Origin: Candidatus Pelagibacter ubique HTCC1062
GTDB lineage: Bacteria; Pseudomonadota; Alphaproteobacteria; Pelagibacterales; Pelagibacteraceae
DNA length: 32,000 nt
Assembly: GCF_000012345.1 (NCBI RefSeq)
Contig: NC_007205.1
Span: forward strand, 870,001 to 902,000
Direction: 5' to 3'
The translations under genes and the position numbers were made by a program. The stretch's first letter is position 1. Each line of letters opens with the position of its first letter. Below are positions 25,698-32,000 of the stretch, piece by piece. Under the pieces are notes generated by a model that saw only the letters and a program-made list of their open reading frames with translations, was not told the origin of the DNA and made no database searches.

Positions 25698-28600
25698 CCC
25701 AAAAACCTAAAAAGAAACAGAAAATATTTATAGAAGCCCTTGAGCAGAGGATAATGCTCGACGGAGCAGGGGCCTCAACCTTTTTAGATTTAATTGATGA
25801 ACGTAATCAAGAAGATATAAAAAAAAACTCTAAAATAATCGATACCACTAAAGACAACAATGAAGTTCCTTTTGCAAACACTGCAAGAGACCAAAACAAA
25901 AAAAATGTAGTCTTTATTGATAGTGCTGTCTCTGATTATGAAACCATTATTAATTCATTTAAAGAAAACACTGAGTTTTATTTAATCAACTCCAATGAAG
26001 ATGGATTTAAAAGAATTAGTGAAATTTTAAATGATCGAAAAGATATTGATGGTTTACACATCATCGGTCACGGTAGTGCTGGACAAATTTTATTTGGTAA
26101 TGCCTTTTTAAATAACGATACCATCACTAATTACCAATCAACTTTAGCATCCATTGGTCAATCGTTAACCACAAGTGGAGATATTTTATTTTATGGTTGT
26201 AATGTAGCTTCCACTGAACAAGGTGAAATTTTAATTAAAAAAATATCAGAGATTACTAAAGCAGATATTGCAGCGTCAGATGACCTTACTGGTAAAGGTG
26301 GAGACTGGGTATTAGAAAAAAAAGAAGGTTTAATTGGTGAAGAAGAACTTAAAGTTAAAAATTACAAACATGCTCTTGGATCATTATCTTCTTCAGGTGT
26401 TCTATCTAACTCAGGTGTTACTCATATTGATAGCAATGTTACAATGATGAATTCTGGTAATGTTGGACTTGGAAGCTCAGGAGCTTTTGCAACAGTTGGT
26501 TCTGATTTTGGTTTAGCTGTAGAACAACAAAATGTTTCTGTTTCTAGTGGAGAATTAATTTCGAATCTTGATGTTGATTCAACTTATATTTTCGATGACG
26601 ATAATGATACTGGAGATGCTGCATTACAAAATGGAGCTAATCAAAATGCTTCAAGCAATATTACGGTAAATTCATATCTAATGTTTCTAGTAGAGGATAT
26701 AAACAAAAGAGCCAGTGGTTCAGCTGGAGAAGTTGTTTTTGACGGTGAAATAGTTGGAATATTTTTTGATCAAGCAAAAACTCGAGCAGCAAGTGTTGGT
26801 GGTAACACATATCATTCTGGCAATTTAATTTATGCAATGAGTGGTAGCGGAGGAAGTAGCAATTCTTCAGATAATGACGGTGGTAGAATGGCAGAGGGTA
26901 AAAAAAGTCATACTGGTATGACAAACTTCTTTAATACTACTCAATCTCATAGTTCATCTGCAGCTATTGCAAATGGTAGTAGCGGTTCTGATTGGGTTTC
27001 TGTTTCAAATCATGGAAGTGGAACAAATAATCTTTTACAATTTGGAGCGCAGAATGCGAATGTTTCCGCTGGAGATTATATAAGAATTCTCGTTGTACCA
27101 AACTCATCAGATGGTTCAGCAACTGTTGAAGAAGATGGCTCTGTATCAGTTAGCAATGGAGGAAGCGCTTCAAGTCCTGATCCAATTACAGTCGACTCAG
27201 GATCTACATTAAGTTCATCATCAGGTAGCCCAAGAAGAATGACTTTTAGCGATGATGGGACTAAATTATTTGTTCTAGAGCATACTAACGATACAATAAC
27301 TACACATAATCTTGGAACTGCTTACGATATTTCAACCCAAACTTCATCAGTAACAGGTACTACTTTAGCCTCAAACCCTCATTCCAGTTCCAGGGCTTAT
27401 GGAATAGCTTTTAGCAATGATGGAACTAAAATGTTTACATCAGATCTTGATACAGGATATGTTTATCAATCGACTTTGACTACCCCCTGGGATGTGTCCA
27501 CAAATCAAAGAAGTTCTTCAGATGATTTAAATACAGTTTCTCTTTATGGAGTAACAGCTAGTAATAGCTTATATAATAGAGACATTACATTTAGCGAGGA
27601 TGGAACCAAATTATTTATTTTAGGGTCTGATAAAACAGTTCATCAAATTAGTTTAGGAACAGCATGGGATCTATCATCTTATCAAACTCCAGATGTTGAA
27701 AAAGATCTTTCATCAATCCTAACCGACACATATGCCAACTCAATTAGCTTTAGTCCAAATGGAAAAAAAATGTTCATCAATGAATATAATAACACAATTC
27801 ATGAGTTTTCAATTGCAACTGCTTGGGATTTATCTTCAACGGTTACCAATGAAGGAAGTTTTCAATTAGGAACAGAAATAGCAAGTAATAATTTTGGAGA
27901 AGTTACTTGGAATAAAGATGGAACAAAACTTTTTGCAATAGATGATTTAGCTGAGGATATTACTGAGTATACTGTTTCAACACCATTTTCACTTGCAAAT
28001 GTGGATCAAACTAAATCTGCCGAAAGTATCTCAACTGTTTCATCAATTAGAACAGGAACAGTTGCTGCAGGAAGTGGAACATCAGGTTCAACTAATACTG
28101 CTTTAACCGGAACTTACGGTCAGTTAACTATTCAATCCAATGGTTCATATAGTTATGTTGCAAATCAAGATGCAGCGGATGCACTAGATCCAGGGGATAT
28201 TGTGTATGATTATTTTACTATTAATGGAGATACAGATTTAACAATTACCGTTATAGGTATCAATGATACACCAATCGCTGACAATGAAACTAATTCAACA
28301 GATGTTAGTACAACATTAACTGTTACAGATGGGTCTTCAGATGTTTTAGCAGGTGATACGGATGCTGATGCAGATGCATCTTTAACTGTTTCTGCAATCA
28401 GAACAGGTTCATCAGAAGGTTCAGGTGACGCAGGTACAATTGGTTCAGCTTTAAATGGAAGTTATGGTGCTTTAACAATGAACTCTGATGGTACCTATAC
28501 TTATGTTGCAAGTTCAAGCGCTGGAACTGATAGTTTTAACTACACTGTAACCGATGAATTTGGTGCAACAGATATTGCAACGTTAACTATTACTGTTAAT

Positions 28601-31600
28601 TCATCTAACGCTGCACCTACCGCATCTAATTCAACAGTATACATTAATGAAAATAACCAAGTATCTTCAGCAGGAGATAGAACACCATCTAATATTTCAA
28701 AAATATTTGCAGCCAGTGATTTTAATTATTCAGACGGTGATAGTGATAGTTTATCAAAAATAAAAATTACTACTTTAGAAAGTGCGGGTGTTTTAGAATA
28801 TTCATCTAATGGATCATCTTGGGCTGATGTAACTTTAAATCAAGAAATAACAGCGTCAGATATTAGTAATAATAAATTAAGATTTACCCCAGCTGCAAAT
28901 TCAGAAAGTAATGTAACGTTTGGTTTTAAAGTTCATGATGGTACAGATTATAGTTCATCAGCTTACACAATGACAGTATCTGTTAACGCTGCACCAAATG
29001 TTACAGATGCAACAGTTGGATCAACAGTGTCTGCTGATGGAACCAGTTCCGGTGATGTTCATGATGGTGTTGCAGATAGTGATGATGCTGATAGTGTTTT
29101 AGTAGTAACTGGTGTTGCATCAGGAAATGAAAGTTCAAATAATTCAATTGTAACCGATAATACTGGGGTTGGTTCAGCAGTATCTGGAACCTATGGTTCA
29201 TTAAATATTGCTGCAAACGGTACTTATACTTACACAGCAAGTTCAACAAATAATATCGCGTACGATGCAACTGCAACAGACATTTTTACATTTACTACAC
29301 GTGATGATGAAAGTAATTCAGGATCTAATGCCTATGACGTAGGTAGCATTACTTTTACCGTTGCAAGTTCAATTTCTTTAACAGATGACACGGATAGTGT
29401 TAATGAAGATGCAACAATTACTAAAACTGGTTCTCAAGACGATGTATTAAATGATGATGCTGCTGATACTAATGGTTTAGTAGTCACCCATATTAAAAAA
29501 GATGGTGGATCAAATTCAACAGTTGCTAGTAGTAGTACTTATACATCTAACGGAACTTCTGTTACGGGTACTTATGGTACTTTAGTAATTGGTGCGGATG
29601 GTTCTTATACTTATACAGCCGATCAAAGTGCTGCTGATGATTTAGATTTAAATGATGAAGTAACAGATGTATTTGTCTATACGGCAGATGGTGCTACAGC
29701 AAATTTAACTATTACAGTAACTGGTATCAATGATGTACCAGAAGCTGCAGATAAAACTGTAACTACAAATGAGGATACAGCTTATGTATTTTCAGCATCA
29801 GATTTTGGCTACACAGATGCAGATGACGATGATGCGTTAGTAAGTGTAAAAATTACAGGATTAGAAGATGCTGGTGCTTTACAATATAATAATGGTAGTG
29901 CTTGGGTAGATGTAACTGAAAATCAAGTGATAACAGCAACGGATATCGGTAATAATAAATTGAGATTTAACCCAGCTGCAAATGAAAATGGATCTTCTTA
30001 CACTAGTTTTGATTTTACAGTAAATGATGGCGATGCAGATAGTGCCTCAGCTAATACAATTACAGTCAATGTAACAGCAGTTAACGATGCACCTGTTGCA
30101 GATAACGAAACTAATTCAGTCAATGAAGATGCAACATTAACCGTTACCGATGGAACTTCAGATGTTTTACATGGAGACACTGATACTGAAAATGATGCAT
30201 TAACCGTTACCCAAATTGCAGTAACAGGTGCATCTGCTTCATCAGTTGCAGGAAGTAGTACTTACAATAGTAACGGAACATCAAAAACAGGTACTTATGG
30301 TACTTTAGTAATTGGTGCGGATGGTACTTATACTTATACAGCAGATCAATCAGCTGCTGATGACCTTGATGCTGGAGATACCGCAACCGATAGTTTTACT
30401 TACACGGTTTCAGATGGAACCGCAACGGATACTGCAACAATTACAATAACAGTGACAGGTATCAATGATGTACCAGAAGCTGCAGATAAAACTGTAACTA
30501 CAAATGAGGATACAGCTTATGTATTTTCAGCATCAGATTTTGGCTACACAGATGCAGATGATGATGATGCGTTAGTAAGTGTAAAAATTACAGGATTAGA
30601 ATCTGCTGGTGCTTTACAATATAACAATGGATCAGCTTGGGTAGATGTAACTGAAAATCAAGTGATAACAGCAACGGATATCGGTAATAATAAATTGAGA
30701 TTTAACCCAGCTGCAAATGAAAATGGATCTTCTTACACTAGTTTTGATTTTACAGTAAATGATGGCGATGCAGACAGTGCCTCAGCTAATACAATTACAG
30801 TCAATGTAACAGCAGTTAACGATGCACCAACTGCAAGAGGTGACACTGGTATTGTAAATGAAGATGTAACGTTAACAGTTTCTAATAGTAGTAATGCAAC
30901 AACAAGTGTTACTGCAGCTTCATTTGTTAGATCTAAATCTTTAGGGGATGCAGGATATCAAAGTCAGGAAACAAAATTTAGTCCTGATGGAACAAAAATG
31001 TTTGTGCTTGATACTTATCAAAATACAAATGAAATTCATCAATATACATTAACAACCGCCTTTGATATTTCTAGTGCTTCATTTGATGGTGCAGATGAAA
31101 CTTTTGACCTTAGTAATGAGAATTCTTCATCGAGTAATTTCACATTTAATAATGATGGAACCAAATTCTATTCAGCTTATTCGGGTAGATTATATGAATA
31201 TGACGTATCAACTGCTTATGATATTTCCACAAGTTCTTATAATAATAATTTCTTTGATTTAATACTGGAGTACCCAAATACTCGTAATATGGGTAGTGGT
31301 GTAAACGTAGCATTTAATAGCGATGGAACCAAATTATTTGCGCTAGATGCACAACAACGTGAAGTGCATGAATACTCTCTTTCAACTGCCTTTGATGTAA
31401 CTTCAGCATCTCGTACAAATAATTATGTAAGTGTTGGCACTCAAGAAGCAAGTCCATACGGTTTTGCATTTAGCAATGATGGAAAAAAAATGTTTATATC
31501 TGGATTGGGAAAGGATGTTAATGAATATACACTCTCAACTGGTTTTGACTTATCATCTACTTTTGAGTTTGTAGGTAGTTTTGATGTTTCATCTAAAGAT

Positions 31601-32000
31601 TGGTATCCACTCGGTATTACATTTAACAATGATGGTACAAAAATGTTTGTGACAGGCTCACAACAAGATAAACTTTTTGAATATTCGCTTACTACTCCTT
31701 TCAGCTTAATAGATGTATCAGGTGAACATTCAGGAGATGTCATTAACACAAGTTCAACAGATAATTATGATACAGACCCTGAGGGCGACGCACTAACGGT
31801 TACAACTTACTCTCATACATCAGCAACAGATCAAGATGGGGGTAGTATATCTTCAACAAGCAGTACTGGAACAGCTGGAACCAACAATGTTACAGGTTAT
31901 TATGGAACATTGGATTTAGAAGGTAATGGTTCTTACACTTATACTGCAGATCTAACAGTAACTCAGGCCTTAGATTCAGGAGATACTGTAACAGATATAT
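25694..32000 (+). CDS. giant repetitive surface/secreted adhesin-like protein (DUF4347 N-terminus, propeller-like cassettes, VCBS and cadherin-like repeats); 3' end lies beyond the window
   Basis: Hand translation of the frame with positions congruent to 2 mod 3 shows no stop from 25682 to 32000. The previous in-frame stop is TAG at 25679-25681. This gives at least 2102 codons. The ORF is not in the supplied track, presumably because it has no stop in the window. The N-terminus reads (M)TQKPKKKQKIFIEALEQRIMLDGAGAS. Confidence 0.9.
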   Translation, partial: MTQKPKKKQKIFIEALEQRIMLDGAGASTFLDLIDERNQEDIKKNSKIIDTTKDNNEVPFANTARDQNKKNVVFIDSAVSDYETIINSFKENTEFYLINSNEDGFKRISEILNDRKDIDGLHIIGHGSAGQILFGNAFLNNDTITNYQSTLASIGQSLTTSGDILFYGCNVASTEQGEILIKKISEITKADIAASDDLTGKGGDWVLEKKEGLIGEEELKVKNYKHALGSLSSSGVLSNSGVTHIDSNVTMMNSGNVGLGSSGAFATVGSDFGLAVEQQNVSVSSGELISNLDVDSTYIFDDDNDTGDAALQNGANQNASSNITVNSYLMFLVEDINKRASGSAGEVVFDGEIVGIFFDQAKTRAASVGGNTYHSGNLIYAMSGSGGSSNSSDNDGGRMAEGKKSHTGMTNFFNTTQSHSSSAAIANGSSGSDWVSVSNHGSGTNNLLQFGAQNANVSAGDYIRILVVPNSSDGSATVEEDGSVSVSNGGSASSPDPITVDSGSTLSSSSGSPRRMTFSDDGTKLFVLEHTNDTITTHNLGTAYDISTQTSSVTGTTLASNPHSSSRAYGIAFSNDGTKMFTSDLDTGYVYQSTLTTPWDVSTNQRSSSDDLNTVSLYGVTASNSLYNRDITFSEDGTKLFILGSDKTVHQISLGTAWDLSSYQTPDVEKDLSSILTDTYANSISFSPNGKKMFINEYNNTIHEFSIATAWDLSSTVTNEGSFQLGTEIASNNFGEVTWNKDGTKLFAIDDLAEDITEYTVSTPFSLANVDQTKSAESISTVSSIRTGTVAAGSGTSGSTNTALTGTYGQLTIQSNGSYSYVANQDAADALDPGDIVYDYFTINGDTDLTITVIGINDTPIADNETNSTDVSTTLTVTDGSSDVLAGDTDADADASLTVSAIRTGSSEGSGDAGTIGSALNGSYGALTMNSDGTYTYVASSSAGTDSFNYTVTDEFGATDIATLTITVNSSNAAPTASNSTVYINENNQVSSAGDRTPSNISKIFAASDFNYSDGDSDSLSKIKITTLESAGVLEYSSNGSSWADVTLNQEITASDISNNKLRFTPAANSESNVTFGFKVHDGTDYSSSAYTMTVSVNAAPNVTDATVGSTVSADGTSSGDVHDGVADSDDADSVLVVTGVASGNESSNNSIVTDNTGVGSAVSGTYGSLNIAANGTYTYTASSTNNIAYDATATDIFTFTTRDDESNSGSNAYDVGSITFTVASSISLTDDTDSVNEDATITKTGSQDDVLNDDAADTNGLVVTHIKKDGGSNSTVASSSTYTSNGTSVTGTYGTLVIGADGSYTYTADQSAADDLDLNDEVTDVFVYTADGATANLTITVTGINDVPEAADKTVTTNEDTAYVFSASDFGYTDADDDDALVSVKITGLEDAGALQYNNGSAWVDVTENQVITATDIGNNKLRFNPAANENGSSYTSFDFTVNDGDADSASANTITVNVTAVNDAPVADNETNSVNEDATLTVTDGTSDVLHGDTDTENDALTVTQIAVTGASASSVAGSSTYNSNGTSKTGTYGTLVIGADGTYTYTADQSAADDLDAGDTATDSFTYTVSDGTATDTATITITVTGINDVPEAADKTVTTNEDTAYVFSASDFGYTDADDDDALVSVKITGLESAGALQYNNGSAWVDVTENQVITATDIGNNKLRFNPAANENGSSYTSFDFTVNDGDADSASANTITVNVTAVNDAPTARGDTGIVNEDVTLTVSNSSNATTSVTAASFVRSKSLGDAGYQSQETKFSPDGTKMFVLDTYQNTNEIHQYTLTTAFDISSASFDGADETFDLSNENSSSSNFTFNNDGTKFYSAYSGRLYEYDVSTAYDISTSSYNNNFFDLILEYPNTRNMGSGVNVAFNSDGTKLFALDAQQREVHEYSLSTAFDVTSASRTNNYVSVGTQEASPYGFAFSNDGKKMFISGLGKDVNEYTLSTGFDLSSTFEFVGSFDVSSKDWYPLGITFNNDGTKMFVTGSQQDKLFEYSLTTPFSLIDVSGEHSGDVINTSSTDNYDTDPEGDALTVTTYSHTSATDQDGGSISSTSSTGTAGTNNVTGYYGTLDLEGNGSYTYTADLTVTQALDSGDTVTDI
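25904..26317 (+). other. DUF4347-like N-terminal domain of the giant protein
   Basis: NVVFIDSAVSDYETII...DGLHIIGHGSAGQILFGN...GDILFYGCNVAS...ADIAASDDLTGKGGDWVLE is the pattern characteristic of DUF4347. It is preceded by the LE-x-R-I-(M/L)-(L/F)-DGA motif usual at the N-terminus of such giant proteins. Confidence 0.7.
27233..28003 (+). repeat. beta-propeller-like cassette 1: five blade-like repeats of about 50 aa
   Basis: Five units fit the pattern (I/V)xFSxDGTK(L/M)F...(E/Q)(Y/F)xLxTA(W/Y)D(I/L)S(S/T): MTFSDDGTKLF..AYDISTQ, IAFSNDGTKMF..PWDVSTN, ITFSEDGTKLF..AWDLSSY, ISFSPNGKKMF..AWDLSST, VTWNKDGTKLF..TPFSLANV. Confidence 0.65.
29723..30093 (+). repeat. near-identical 371-bp direct repeat, copy 1
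   Basis: It aligns without gaps to 30458-30828 (offset 735 nt, or 245 codons) with about 9 mismatches by hand count. Confidence 0.9.
30458..30828 (+). repeat. near-identical 371-bp direct repeat, copy 2
   Basis: See copy 1. Both encode GINDVPEAADKTVTTNEDTAYVFSASDFGYTDADDDDALVSVKITGLE..AGALQYNNGSAWVDVTENQVITATDIGNNKLRFNPAANENGSSYTSFDFTVNDGDADSASANTITVNVTAVNDAP. Confidence 0.9.
30962..31717 (+). repeat. beta-propeller-like cassette 2: five blade-like repeats, homologous to cassette 1
   Basis: TKFSPDGTKMF..AFDISSA, FTFNNDGTKFY..AYDISTS, VAFNSDGTKLF..AFDVTSA, FAFSNDGKKMF..GFDLSST, ITFNNDGTKMF..TPFSLIDV. It ends with the same TPFSL motif as cassette 1. Confidence 0.65.

Larger units (their letters stand above)
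28004..30961 (+). repeat. array of VCBS-like and cadherin-like modules separated by (I/V)ND(A/T/V)P-type junctions
   Basis: VCBS-like cores G(T/S)YG.L.....G(S/T)Y(T/S)Y start near 28108, 28458, 29186, 29567 and 30290. Cadherin-like modules with SDF.Y.D.D.D...K(I)T.LE.AG.L(Q/E)Y....W..V......I.A.DI.NNKLRF.P start near 28711, 29790 and 30525. Confidence 0.7.

Noticed and set aside
25457-25702. An 81-aa hydrophobic ORF on the - strand, antisense to the small basic ORF (repeat ILPVIVCP(G/A)).
   Set aside because: It has a non-ATG (TTG) start and no SD, whereas the + strand ORF has AAGGAG at ideal spacing and host-like Lys-rich composition. Its repeat is simply the antisense reading of the GQTITGKI repeat. 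I treat it as a shadow ORF, though conservation analysis could revisit this.
25754-25756. The first ATG as the start of the giant ORF.
   Set aside because: The conserved N-terminal motif (IEALEQRIMLDGA) begins upstream of this ATG, so starting here would truncate it. TTG 25694 is preferred.
30829-30846. An RGD tripeptide (APTARGDTG) in the giant protein, as a possible integrin-type adhesion motif.
   Set aside because: A single tripeptide in more than 2100 residues is expected by chance, and nothing in its context supports function.
28004-30961. Whether the regular repeats in this region could be a CRISPR array or non-coding satellite.
   Set aside because: The repeats are hundreds of nt long, in frame, and encode recognisable VCBS/cadherin-like protein modules. 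There is no short repeat/spacer periodicity.
26661-31749. Track ORFs inside the giant gene: 26661-26924(-), 29001-29276(-), 29998-30180(-), 31062-31262(+) and 31441-31749(-).
   Set aside because: All are antisense or off-frame readings of the repetitive Thr/Ser/Asp/Gly coding sequence. They have low-complexity His/Gln/Leu-rich or similar products and are fully contained within the long open frame.

Overview
This is an AT-rich, very compact chromosome segment. Many genes abut or overlap by 1-8 nt. Gene order and the SOS-box type point to a streamlined alphaproteobacterium (SAR11/Pelagibacterales-like); that attribution is inference only.

Positions 1-23453 are a housekeeping block.
- On the + strand: the 3' part of dnaE, then rpsB-tsf-frr-uppS-cdsA-dxr-bamA-skp-fabZ-lpxD-lpxA-lpxI-lpxB.
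- On the - strand: gltX, lexA (with a GTTC-N7-GTTC SOS box in its own promoter region) and trpC-trpD-trpG-trpE, preceded by a PpiD-like chaperone gene.
- On the + strand again: tpiA-secG.

After secG the housekeeping genes end and an accessory locus begins, with three parts.
1. A lipoprotein of the TolC/outer-membrane-efflux family carrying an extra C-terminal cadherin-like (dystroglycan-type) domain (23539-25455).
2. A 75-aa extremely basic protein with an internal 22-aa tandem repeat and a strong Shine-Dalgarno site (25470-25697).
3. A giant ORF that the supplied ORF track does not list. It opens after a TAG at 25679-25681 and most likely starts at TTG 25694, overlapping the small ORF's TGA. 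My hand translation found no stop through position 32000, which is at least 2102 codons.

The giant protein has the LEQRIMLDGA N-terminal motif plus a DUF4347-like domain, then an unassigned region of about 300 aa. It then has two homologous five-blade beta-propeller-like cassettes that flank an array of VCBS-like and cadherin-like modules. That array includes a recently duplicated 245-aa unit.

I saw no rRNA, tRNA, CRISPR array, transposase or integrase. All domain names come from motif recognition by eye, with no database search.
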